Shown here: in pieces, positions 17,934 to 26,263 of the stretch
How positions within the stretch are numbered: position 1 is the stretch's first letter
Layout of the letters: every line of letters starts with the position of its first letter
IMG/VR virus record: IMGVR_UViG_3300027869_000003
Location: 1 to 56,735 of that record
Direction: 5' to 3' (one strand)
DNA: 56,735 nt
Source of the DNA: a virus
Lineage: Duplodnaviria; Caudoviricetes
The notes under the pieces: generated by a model
Seen by the model: the letters and a program-made list of their open reading frames with translations, nothing else
What the model was told of the DNA's origin: nothing
Databases searched by the model: none
Position numbers and translations under genes: made by a program

Positions 17934-18047
17934 AACCCGCTCGATGTCGTTCGGGATCGTTGGAACTGGTTTATTCCTCGGACGGGCGACGTTGATCCCG
18001 CCACGCCATGAAATCTGGCGCGGCGGGCTGAGAATTTCAGTTATTCG

Positions 18048-18539
18048 TCAGAACGGTATTTCGTCATCGATGTCACCGGCGGCGACCTTCATGCGTGACG
18101 GAGCCGAAGGCCGGTTGATGGCTGCCGTCCGTTGCGGCACATGACTTTGCGCCTCGCGCGGCAGGTAGTCCGCGACCTGATTGCCGGCAGGGTATTGGCC
18201 GTTAGCTGGTTTGATCTTCAGCTTCAGGCGACCGACGCGACCGCCAAGAAACTCCGGATCAAGTTCCCCGCGCTCATAGTCGGTAAGCACATCAATCGAT
18301 GAGGCGAAGTGTCGGCACTTCCACGCCCCCGACTCGCTGGAAAGGATATAATCGAATACTGTCCGGTGTTTGCCATCCCCAAGCAGGATATGAAGCGTCA
18401 GTTTGAGCATTTCATTCCCGGCGGCGGAAACGGCATCCTCAGCCTGGAATACGGAGAAATCATACTCTCCGGGCTTTAACGGCTCAAAGGAACCAGCGCC
18501 CTCGTTCGCCTGTTCTTCGGTGACTGGATTTACACGCAT
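18048..18539 (-). CDS. DUF669-like single-stranded DNA-binding protein
   Basis: FEPLKPGEY, GNEMLKL, acidic tail DIDDEIPF. Confidence 0.85.
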   Translation of the reverse strand: MRVNPVTEEQANEGAGSFEPLKPGEYDFSVFQAEDAVSAAGNEMLKLTLHILLGDGKHRTVFDYILSSESGAWKCRHFASSIDVLTDYERGELDPEFLGGRVGRLKLKIKPANGQYPAGNQVADYLPREAQSHVPQRTAAINRPSAPSRMKVAAGDIDDEIPF

Positions 18540-18553
18540 GATTTTTGGATTCC

Positions 18554-19147
18554 TTACAGGAGAAGCCCGTTTTCACGGGCGAAGTTGATCGGATGCTTGG
18601 CGTGCTTACGCATATTGCAGGCCGGGCACAGGAGTTGAATATTCTGGATTTCGTTGGTCCCACCGAGAGCGAAAGGCTTGATGTGGTCTATGTGGTAGGA
18701 CTTCCGAAGTGAGACGGAGCAGTAAACGCATTTCCATTTCTGGACATCGGCCAGATGGGTGATCTGATCGTGGGTATACGTTCCAGGCGCGTTTTTCTCG
18801 CGCGCCCTGCGGTTGGAATTGTGCGTCTTTCGGCCATGCGGATTGCGAAGATGCCAGATTACGTTGAGTTCTTTTGTCCGCTCTGGGTTTTGCTGACGCC
18901 ATTCCAGTGCTTTCTGGCATAGGGCACCTGGGTTCTTCCAATACCTCTCACGCGCATATTCCCGTGACCTGTCGATATTGGTGACAAGCCATTTCTTTTT
19001 GTGCTGAAGGAGGCACAACGTACACTGGCCGGTGCTGACGTAGCGTTCCCCGTTGTGCCCGGCGGGGCACGGCTTTCCGCTGACATAGCGTGCCATGCCA
19101 GCGGCTTTGGCCGCGCTCCGCTTCATGAGGGGAATCCCGTCGATCAT
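18554..19147 (-). CDS. HNH endonuclease (homing type)
   Basis: GKPCPAGH..ERYVSTGQC..C; CVYC...HIDHIKP..LGGTN...NIQLLCPACN; ATG overlaps the AAA stop. Confidence 0.9.
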   Translation of the reverse strand: MIDGIPLMKRSAAKAAGMARYVSGKPCPAGHNGERYVSTGQCTLCLLQHKKKWLVTNIDRSREYARERYWKNPGALCQKALEWRQQNPERTKELNVIWHLRNPHGRKTHNSNRRAREKNAPGTYTHDQITHLADVQKWKCVYCSVSLRKSYHIDHIKPFALGGTNEIQNIQLLCPACNMRKHAKHPINFARENGLLL

Positions 19148-20064
19148 GCCGCGATACGAGACCGGAGATGATCGATGGCTTTGCTGGCCCGCTCGCTGGC
19201 CATTTCCTGCCAGGAGTTGACGTTGGCGGCGGCCAGCCATTTATCGACCGTGCCATCTTCCAGTTTGACGATATCCAGCAGCCGGGTGATTTCCTCCATC
19301 TGTTCTGGCGTGGTGCAGATGATGGGTTCGGACGGCGCCTCGACCACGGACTGCCCGATGCGATTGACAAATTCCTCGTAAGTGAACGGGAACACGTCGC
19401 TTTGCGGGAATGCCGCGATCCTGCTTTTCCGGACACGGCCATGCCGCGACAAGCCGGTGCGTGTGACCTGGATGGCGAGGTCCAGTTCATATTCGAGGCG
19501 CGGCCAGCAATCGAACGTACTGCCGATCTGTGTCCGCTCGCCGGTCGCGGGATCCTTGCCCCATTCCGCCACTTCGCCGGCGATCAGGATCACGTTCATG
19601 TTGATCCTGGTCAGCCACGACATGAGTTGCCGCATGTAGCCGACCGCTGGCCGCTTATCGGCACCAAACTCGTTCTTTTTCCCGGTATCGGAAAGCCGCT
19701 CCGCCTCGCGGGCGATCTCGTTGGCGAACAGCTTCGTGATGCTGTCGATGACCAGAGTCCGGCGGTCATGCTTCTCGGTGGTCAGCGCGCGAACCTGTTC
19801 GAGCACAACGTCAAATGACGCCGCGCCATCCTCCGGCCCGAGATAAAGGCCGCCTGAGGCGCGCAATTTCTCGACGTATTCAGGCTGCGTGGCACCACCC
19901 TCGCAATCGATCATGTACACGTCGGGAAACGAAAGGCTCCATAGCGTCTTGCCCACGCCAGAGCCTCCGAACACCAGCACAGTGGGATGTCTGGGCTGAA
20001 TGGTTTCGGGCTTGGCACCCAATAGCTTCGAGTGGGATGCCCGAGGCTTCGTGATCGCGTTCAT
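19144..20064 (-). CDS. AAA_24/Sak4-like ATPase (recombination/annealing)
   Basis: GGSGVGKT Walker A, IDCEGG, TLVIDSIT; adjacent to DUF669 SSB; AAGGAG RBS. Confidence 0.85.
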   Translation of the reverse strand: MNAITKPRASHSKLLGAKPETIQPRHPTVLVFGGSGVGKTLWSLSFPDVYMIDCEGGATQPEYVEKLRASGGLYLGPEDGAASFDVVLEQVRALTTEKHDRRTLVIDSITKLFANEIAREAERLSDTGKKNEFGADKRPAVGYMRQLMSWLTRINMNVILIAGEVAEWGKDPATGERTQIGSTFDCWPRLEYELDLAIQVTRTGLSRHGRVRKSRIAAFPQSDVFPFTYEEFVNRIGQSVVEAPSEPIICTTPEQMEEITRLLDIVKLEDGTVDKWLAAANVNSWQEMASERASKAIDHLRSRIAA

Positions 20065-20075
20065 TGGCTTACTCC

Positions 20076-20126
20076 TTGACATCGCGTTAGCGGTTGTTTA
20101 TACAATCGAGCAGATACAATGTCAAT
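20076..20126. promoter_or_regulatory. Overlapping face-to-face promoters with ATACAAT direct repeats
   Basis: Minus strand TTGACA-17-TATAAA toward the AAA gene; plus strand TTGACA-17-TATACA toward the RHH gene; ATACAAT at 20100 and 20117. Confidence 0.7.
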
Positions 20127-20133
20127 CAGGTGT

Positions 20134-20340
20134 ATGATGGTTTCTGAGAGACGAACGGCAAATATTCTGATGCGGACGACGCCGAACGTGAAAAGCGAGG
20201 CGGAACGAATCGCGGCTAAGGAGCGACGGACATTGTCGGCATGGATCGAGGGATTGATCCTCGACGCCGTCGAACAAGCGACGCCGCACGGTAGGACGCG
20301 CGCCTCCATCACCCCGGACCCTCGTCGCCCGGCAGCCTGA
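20134..20340 (+). CDS. Arc/HicB-like ribbon-helix-helix regulator, antisense
   Basis: TANILMRTTPNVKSEAERIAAKERRTLSAWIEGLI; CAGGTG RBS. Confidence 0.75.
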   Translation: MMVSERRTANILMRTTPNVKSEAERIAAKERRTLSAWIEGLILDAVEQATPHGRTRASITPDPRRPAA

Positions 20341-20457
20341 GCCATGCCGGCACCGGCCGGTCTGGTTGCGGTTCGCACTCCGGCCCCGGGATGAACACGA
20401 ACGGCTCGACCGGCGCTGGCTTTGGCCGCCCGGGCAGCGGCAGCGCGCGTTGGCGGG

Positions 20458-20616
20458 TCATGGGCGTTCCTCCCTTATCGCCGCGACGCGATCCGCGATG
20501 TCCGTCACGCGGCGCTCCAGGTCGCGGCACGTCCGGCGGTAGAGCAGCCACGCGCGGAGGCCGAGCGCGGCGGAGACGGCGCAGCACGCGGCCACGAGGA
20601 TCAGCGCGGTGGTCAT
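20458..20616 (-). CDS. Small membrane protein
   Basis: MTTALILVAACCAVSAALGLRAWLLY followed by a short coiled coil. Confidence 0.5.
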   Translation of the reverse strand: MTTALILVAACCAVSAALGLRAWLLYRRTCRDLERRVTDIADRVAAIREERP

Positions 20617-20721
20617 GTCGGCTCGCCGAACGGCAGCACGGGCCACGCCTCGGCGGCGGCGCGCGGCGTTTGTCGAGAACGCGCGCGACGATCGCGGCGA
20701 TGATGTCGGAGATGTCCCGCA

Positions 20722-21216
20722 TCACAGCAGCCCCTTGCCATGCAGGCGCCGGTATTGCGCCACCGTCATGGAGTTGACCGCCGCCCCCGGCTTCCGCGTC
20801 TCGCGCCGCTTGACCGGCAATCGTTCGTTCTGCGCCTCGATGCGTTCGCGGATGTCGCCGAGGCTCGCGCGCAGCGGAATGCCGGCGGCGCGGAGGGCGG
20901 CTTCGACGTCTTCGGTCGAACGAGCGAGCGCCCACAGGTGGCCGTTGGCCGTGACAGCATCTCGGAACAGTTGTTGCGCGGGTGAGAGCGACGAACCTAC
21001 CTTGAGTTCCAGCCAGATCGTTACGTTGTTATACACAACAATCATGTCGCTAATTCCGGGCCTTACGCCCCTGGCTTTCCGTAACATGCCCTGGCGAGCG
21101 GATCCGGCCGTGCCAATGTCGATCGACGAATAATAGGCGCCGACCGGTAACGCTTTCGACAGATAGACATTGCACAGCCGTTGCAACTGCCACTCGTGCT
21201 GGACGTTGACGCTCAC
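20722..21216 (-). CDS. VRR-NUC domain nuclease (resolvase-like)
   Basis: EWQLQ, GVRPGISD, WLELK.G..LSPAQ..F. Confidence 0.85.
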   Translation of the reverse strand: MSVNVQHEWQLQRLCNVYLSKALPVGAYYSSIDIGTAGSARQGMLRKARGVRPGISDMIVVYNNVTIWLELKVGSSLSPAQQLFRDAVTANGHLWALARSTEDVEAALRAAGIPLRASLGDIRERIEAQNERLPVKRRETRKPGAAVNSMTVAQYRRLHGKGLL

Positions 21217-21398
21217 GGCCAACCCCCGCGCCACAGCGGCGTCCGTGGCGCCTCCGCGACCGCGAGCGCGATCTGGCGCTTCAGTTCCGCCGCGATCTCC
21301 GCGCGCATTTCGTCGCTGTAGTGGATCGTGCGGGGCCGCGTGGCCTTGCGAACGCCGACCGAGGCGCGCTCGGCCGGGGTCAGGATGTGGCGCGTCAT
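21213..21398 (-). CDS. Hypothetical protein
   Basis: MTRHILTP...; coupled at both ends. Confidence 0.5.
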   Translation of the reverse strand: MTRHILTPAERASVGVRKATRPRTIHYSDEMRAEIAAELKRQIALAVAEAPRTPLWRGGWP

Positions 21399-21631
21399 GC
21401 GACCTGCCTTGGCGCCATCCGCCGCGCTACCACCGCCGCGCCGTCCGCGCGGATGCGGCACGTCACCAACGGCCACACGGCGCGGTGGTAGCCGCCCTCC
21501 GCCGCGAGCCGGTGCGCCTGCGTCGGCGACAGGCCGAGCGCGTCCGCGATGGCGTTCAACGTTTGCCCGGCACGACGGCGCGCGGCGCACTCAGCGGCGA
21601 GCGATGCGCGGGCGCGGGTGGGGCGGGTCAC
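21395..21631 (-). CDS. Small HTH protein
   Basis: RRAGQTLNAIADALGLSPTQAHRL. Confidence 0.65.
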   Translation of the reverse strand: MTRPTRARASLAAECAARRRAGQTLNAIADALGLSPTQAHRLAAEGGYHRAVWPLVTCRIRADGAAVVARRMAPRQVA

Positions 21632-22443
21632 GGGCGGTACACCGCGGCGATGTGCCGAGAGAGCGGCAGCGGGATTTTCGCGATCAGGGCGGAGGCGGCT
21701 TTGCGGGCCGGCGATTTACTGCTGGTCATTCGCGAGATTGACGGTTGCTTGTCGTTGAACCAGTCGCCGCCGCACTTGATGCCGTCGGGCACCATCTGGT
21801 TGCAGGACTTCAGTGTGCCGTTTTCACGCCAGCCCGAGCCGTCGTGCTTAACGCCCTTGAACGTGTGCGGCATCAGCGCCGGCACATCGCCCCACAAGTA
21901 GAACGAACCGAACGACCACCGCGCCCGCCCGACCCACGGCTGCGCGCCACGCACGTTCTCGACCACGAGCGGGATGTGACGACCGGCCGCTTCGACCGCC
22001 TCGCGCTGGATGCGGAAGCAGGCCTCGAACAGTTTGTTGCACGGCGGCGGCAGCGCCTTGGCACGCGACCAGGGCATCGCGCGGTAGCTGTATGCCTGAC
22101 AAGGTGGGCTGGCGACGATCAGCGCCGCGTCGCGGAACTGCGAGCCGTGCAGCGTGAGAACGTCCTGAATGACAAGCTGCGCCGGATATCGATGTTCGCC
22201 GTATTCGTGGCGTTCAATGTCGAAGCCCACGACGTCATAGCCTTCAGCGAGCAGGCCATCCGTCCAGCCACCGAGCCCCGCATAGAGGTCGATCGCCAGC
22301 GGCTTCCTCCCAAAAGGCCGCCCGGCGTCGCTAACCGGGCGGCAGTTTGTTCGGGAGGAAACGACTGACCGCGCCACGCCGGCGGTCCGCAGCGAAGCGC
22401 CGGCGGGAAGCGTGCCGGCGGATGGGGATAGGATGGAGGGCAT
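21628..22443 (-). CDS. DNA (cytosine-5) methyltransferase, compact
   Basis: AIDLYAGLGG (I), GFDI (II), ASPPCQ (IV), VENV (VI); internal ATG 22443 with GGAGA RBS; also in frame with the upstream ORF. Confidence 0.8.
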   Translation of the reverse strand: MPSILSPSAGTLPAGASLRTAGVARSVVSSRTNCRPVSDAGRPFGRKPLAIDLYAGLGGWTDGLLAEGYDVVGFDIERHEYGEHRYPAQLVIQDVLTLHGSQFRDAALIVASPPCQAYSYRAMPWSRAKALPPPCNKLFEACFRIQREAVEAAGRHIPLVVENVRGAQPWVGRARWSFGSFYLWGDVPALMPHTFKGVKHDGSGWRENGTLKSCNQMVPDGIKCGGDWFNDKQPSISRMTSSKSPARKAASALIAKIPLPLSRHIAAVYRP

Positions 22444-23124
22444 CAGGCGTTCTCCATCCTGGCGCACGCGCTCACGGGAGACGCCGTAAGCCGCTCCGAT
22501 GTCCTGTAGGGTGCGGCGTTGCGCGCGGAGGCGGCGCCATTCGGCGTCGCGCTCGGGGCCGGGAGTGCGATGCGTCACTTTAATCGGCGGCGACAGCGGC
22601 TTTATGGGGCCGTTGTATTCCCGCTTGACCGAGGGATCGAAGTCAGTCAGCGAGCCATTGCTCAGTTCCCAAAGAATATGGCGAACCCGCAGGCGGGGAA
22701 CGCTGCCATACCTGATCCACCCGACGACGGTTTCGGGTTTGGATCCGGTGAGTTCCGCCAGGTCATGCGCGGAAAGACCGCGTGAAACCATCCATGCGCG
22801 GATTGATTGTGACCGGTCTGACCTGTCATCCAAACCATCCCCGCGCGCCTCGAACAGAGTTTGGGACGGGTCGCGCGTGATGTCGGGTAGATCAAGATCG
22901 CCAAGCATCTCATCCGACCAGGTGAACCATTCCCGTTTCAGGGCGAGATGCGCGAAGCGGGCATGGAGCGCCTTTTCGTCAGCGAAGCTACCAGCGAGCA
23001 TTCGGAACAGGTTGAGATCGTCCCACAAAACACGCTGTATCGCGTCGATGCGGACGGCGATGTTAGTCGTGCAACCAATTTTAACGGGGCCGTCTCCCCC
23101 CATCCGCGCCAAATATATCGGCAT
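22444..23124 (-). CDS. T5orf172/GIY-YIG-like domain plus HTH domains, read in frame into the MTase
   Basis: IYL...VKIG.T..RI...E.ALH.RF...EWF; XRE-like HTH; TLQDIGAAYGVSRERVRQ (sigma70 r4-like). Confidence 0.75.
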
Positions 23125-23357
23125 CAGGCGTCCTCTCGCCGGGCCGCGATCGCCTCGCTGACCGCTTCGATTTCATCAAGGGTGAGTACGGGGCGTATTT
23201 TTACGCGGTCAGCCAACCGGACCAGAGCAATCTGCCGTTTTGGCGGGATTCCTCGGTTTTTCCAGTTAGAGACGGCGGATTGCGAGCATCCTAGCGTCCT
23301 GGCGACGACTGTTTCCCCGCCAAGAACCTTGATAATTTGGTCCAGGTCACGATACAT
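23124..23357 (-). CDS. Cro/YdaS-like repressor
   Basis: IIKVLGGETVVARTLGCSQSAVSNWKNRGIP; divergent from the cI-like gene. Confidence 0.85.
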   Translation of the reverse strand: MYRDLDQIIKVLGGETVVARTLGCSQSAVSNWKNRGIPPKRQIALVRLADRVKIRPVLTLDEIEAVSEAIAARREDA

Positions 23358-23361
23358 GCCC

Positions 23362-23431
23362 CACGATTTCACATTTTGTGTAACGTGTCCATAGGCAATC
23401 GGGGGTTCCACAAGGTCATGAAAGATGTAAT
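23362..23431. promoter_or_regulatory. PR/OR-like promoter-operator region
   Basis: Minus strand TGGACA-cgttaCACAAAATGTGA-AATCGT; second box TCATGAAAGATGTAAT at 23416. Confidence 0.7.
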
Positions 23432-23465
23432 GACCGCTTCACCGGCCGTGTAGTAGGATGGCGCC

Positions 23466-23774
23466 ATGCCACACAAGCCAAAGCAGCAGCAAAATCGCAT
23501 CAGCGATGTGTTGTCAGACCGTTTCGTGCTTCTCCCGAGCGCCCTGGGTCTGACGAAAACCGAGTTCGGCCGCCGGATCGGCATTACATCTCAGCAGTTT
23601 TCCAACATCCAGAAACGCAGGGCCGCGCCGAGCCACGATATGATCAGCGCGACGATTCGCGAGTTCGGCCTTACGGCGGATTATTTTTATCAGGGGGTTT
23701 TGTACGGGATACGGAACCCAGAACTGGCCCGCTGGCTGGACGAGAAACACAGCGGGTGTCAATCGGCGGACTGA
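23466..23774 (+). CDS. XRE-family CI-like repressor (no peptidase domain), probably leaderless
   Basis: LGLTKTEFGRRIGITSQQFSNI, FGLTADYFY.G; TAGGAT -10-like box just upstream of the ATG. Confidence 0.85.
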   Translation: MPHKPKQQQNRISDVLSDRFVLLPSALGLTKTEFGRRIGITSQQFSNIQKRRAAPSHDMISATIREFGLTADYFYQGVLYGIRNPELARWLDEKHSGCQSAD

Positions 23775-23884
23775 GCGTCCGTTTCGCCTTCGGCTTTCGA
23801 CGTGGCGGTTCGTTCGCCGGCGGGGTAGCCGGGAACCTGGGCATTTGCGCGTGCGGCGCGTCGTCCTGCGTCCTGAACCTTTTT

Positions 23885-23946
23885 TCACGAAAAATGTAAT
23901 TCCAGGCAGATTCCTTCTTGCCACGCTTCACAAAATGTGAAACGTT
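23885..23946 (+). promoter_or_regulatory. PL/OL-like promoter-operator region
   Basis: TTGCCA-cgcTTCACAAAATGTGA-AACGTT with palindrome TTCACA-N3-TGTGAA; second box TCACGAAAAATGTAAT at 23885. Confidence 0.7.
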
Positions 23947-24169
23947 GGGCTCGTCACCCAGGACGAGGCCGAAATGGACACCTGTCATTCTCCGCTCTCC
24001 GAAGTTGTAGCGCCATCAACGACATGGCGTATTTCGGCGTCTTCTTGTGTCCGTAACGTACGTTATCAGACAAAGAGACGATATGACATGCGGGTTACGC
24101 GGTCTACCGCTAATCGGCCGTCAATTGACGATTGACGTTTTATTAACGCTTTAGTTACGGTGCAAGTCA

Positions 24170-24475
24170 ATGTCGAATACCGGACAAATAGAATTCGCGC
24201 TTGAGCATACAACCGCAAGTGGCGACATGATGGAAACACTTATCAACGTCGAGTTCGTCTATACGCGCGGCAGTCCAGGCGGCCGCTACGATCCGCCCGA
24301 GACGCCGGAATGGGACTACGTGCGGTCCAGCTACCGCGACGAGACCGGCATCTGGCGGCCCATCGCGACGGGAGATTTCTTAGACCTATGGGCGCAGGCG
24401 CGTTTCGCCGCGTGCGAGGCGGATGAGATCGAGGCGTGCATCCCGAGCGCGGCTTATCCGGCGATCGCGGAATGA
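24170..24475 (+). CDS. Hypothetical early protein
   Basis: 101 aa; PGGRYDPPE.PE motif; coupled to the next gene. Confidence 0.65.
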   Translation: MSNTGQIEFALEHTTASGDMMETLINVEFVYTRGSPGGRYDPPETPEWDYVRSSYRDETGIWRPIATGDFLDLWAQARFAACEADEIEACIPSAAYPAIAE

Positions 24476-24663
24476 CAGACCTCCTACCTATTACGATCGA
24501 CGACGAGATCAGGTGCGTCGAGCGCGAGATCAAAATGCGCGAGCGCGTTTATCCGCGTTGGATTGCCGCTGGAAAAATGAAGCGCGAGACCGCACATCGC
24601 GAAATCGATGTGATGCACTCCGTCCTAGAAAGCCTCCATCGGTTGAAGGGCTTAGATAAATGA
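24472..24663 (+). CDS. Conserved-looking small phage protein
   Basis: EIRCVEREIKMRERVYPRWIAAGKMK..A..EI..M. Confidence 0.7.
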   Translation: MTDLLPITIDDEIRCVEREIKMRERVYPRWIAAGKMKRETAHREIDVMHSVLESLHRLKGLDK

Positions 24664-24887
24664 ACACCCTGCACAGCGCCGATCTGGCCGACATCATCGA
24701 GATGCTGGCGGACATCACGGACTTGCACGCGCGGATCGTCCGCCTTGATGCCGCGGTAGCGCCGCTGGTTCGCATCGCCGACGACCAGGTGACGGAGATC
24801 CGCCGCACGCTGCTTCGCGCCGCGCTCGCCGACGTTGAGGTCGAAGCGCCGGCCGTCAATGTTGCTTTCAGGGAGTTGGTAACATGA
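24660..24887 (+). CDS. Hypothetical protein
   Basis: Coupled 75-aa ORF. Confidence 0.6.
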   Translation: MNTLHSADLADIIEMLADITDLHARIVRLDAAVAPLVRIADDQVTEIRRTLLRAALADVEVEAPAVNVAFRELVT

Positions 24888-25069
24888 CCCGCAACGACCA
24901 GCTACTTCGCGACATCGCCCGCCGCATCGCGCCCGATTATCCGGAGGACGCGAAGCAACTGCGGATCATCGCCGGAGAACACGAGCGCATGGCGCAGTGC
25001 CTGGATGGCATTTTCCAGGATGAGCGGCGTAAGGCGATGCTTGCCGAACCGGTGCGCGGACATGGGTGA
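24884..25069 (+). CDS. Hypothetical protein
   Basis: 61 aa, GGGAG RBS. Confidence 0.6.
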   Translation: MTRNDQLLRDIARRIAPDYPEDAKQLRIIAGEHERMAQCLDGIFQDERRKAMLAEPVRGHG

Positions 25070-25196
25070 GGCATTGGTTCGCATCCTCGCGATCGTGCTG
25101 TGCCTCGCCGTTGGACCCTGGATGGTCTGGCAGATGTTCGATGCGCTCGACACGGAAATGGCGCTGTCCGAGCAGGCGTCGCTGGCGCGGCGATGA
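25062..25196 (+). CDS. Small single-TM protein
   Basis: MGEALVRILAIVLCLAVGPWMVW. Confidence 0.55.
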   Translation: MGEALVRILAIVLCLAVGPWMVWQMFDALDTEMALSEQASLARR

Positions 25197-25870
25197 CCAT
25201 CCATTACCATCAGGGGAACATCACGCCGATCACAGCTCTATACGAAATGGCTGGCCGGCATTTTATATGCAATTTCCTGTATCAATCCAACGTGAAGCGA
25301 TGCCACGACATCGGGCAGTCAATCGCGATCGACAATGGCGCCTTCGGAGTGTGGAAATCAGGCAAGGCGCCGATCTGGTCAAAATACTACGCCTGGGTCG
25401 ATCAGTGGCTTGATTACCCGACGACATGGGCCATTCCGCCCGATGTGATTGACGCGCCTTCTCAAGAGCAGGACGGGCTGCTGAACGCCTGGCAGCACGG
25501 CAAGCGGCAGGCGGCGCCGGTTTGGCACATGGACGAACCGATCTCACGGCTCTGCCGGCTTATCGATGATGGCTGGTCGCGCGTGTGCATGGGTTCGACT
25601 GCGGAATATGCCGAGGTTCTTTCTGATGCGTGGATCGCGCGCATGGATGATGCCTGGAACGAACTCGCGACCGTGTTTCACCGCACGCCGCCGATCCACA
25701 TGCTGCGCGGAATGCAATGCTCTGGATTGCGTTGGCCGTTCGCGAGCGTGGACAGTTCCGACATCGCGCAGAACCATCATTTGCCACAGAACACACCACG
25801 CGCCATGGCCGGTCGCGTTGTCGTGCGGCGCCCAACGCTCGGATATGTCGTGGAGGCGTTACGAAGATGA
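25193..25870 (+). CDS. TGT-fold / DpdA-like transglycosylase (putative DNA base-exchange enzyme)
   Basis: IDNGAF, PDVI, PVWH, VCMGS, IHMLRG, FASVDSS in TGT-like order; ATG 25193 coupled. Confidence 0.65.
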   Translation: MTIHYHQGNITPITALYEMAGRHFICNFLYQSNVKRCHDIGQSIAIDNGAFGVWKSGKAPIWSKYYAWVDQWLDYPTTWAIPPDVIDAPSQEQDGLLNAWQHGKRQAAPVWHMDEPISRLCRLIDDGWSRVCMGSTAEYAEVLSDAWIARMDDAWNELATVFHRTPPIHMLRGMQCSGLRWPFASVDSSDIAQNHHLPQNTPRAMAGRVVVRRPTLGYVVEALRR

Positions 25871-26154
25871 AATCGGTTCGCGCCTGGGCGATACTATGCA
25901 CCAGCGACAACGAACTGGACGGCGCACGGACGTGGCTGGACGGCGAAGCGAACGGTACCACGCGCACCCGCTTGTTTCCGACGCGCGACGATGCGCGGAA
26001 ATTTTGCGGCGAGTGCTACGGATACATCGCCGAACGAGCCGATCTACAGGCAGAACCGTATGGCTGGAAACCGAGCCGCGTGGTGCGCGTGAAGATCGAG
26101 ATCACGATTGACGAATCACGCGGCGCGAATTTCGGATCCGCCGCGGGTGGCTGA
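25867..26154 (+). CDS. Hypothetical protein
   Basis: MKSVRAWAIL...LFPTRDDAR; GGAGG RBS. Confidence 0.65.
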   Translation: MKSVRAWAILCTSDNELDGARTWLDGEANGTTRTRLFPTRDDARKFCGECYGYIAERADLQAEPYGWKPSRVVRVKIEITIDESRGANFGSAAGG

Positions 26155-26263
26155 TGGTTCCCCCTTGCTGGCATCAGCCGAAGCCGGGCGCGGGCAGGCG
26201 GAGACGGGTTCTCCAAAGCGTTGTCCGCCGCGCGTCCGGCTTCAACTTTTGAAGGAGACTGTT

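Noticed and set aside
24143-24160. Possible CtrA box (TTAA-N7-GTTA)
   Set aside because: The second half-site deviates from TTAA-N7-TTAA, and a single weak match in an AT-rich spacer is not enough.
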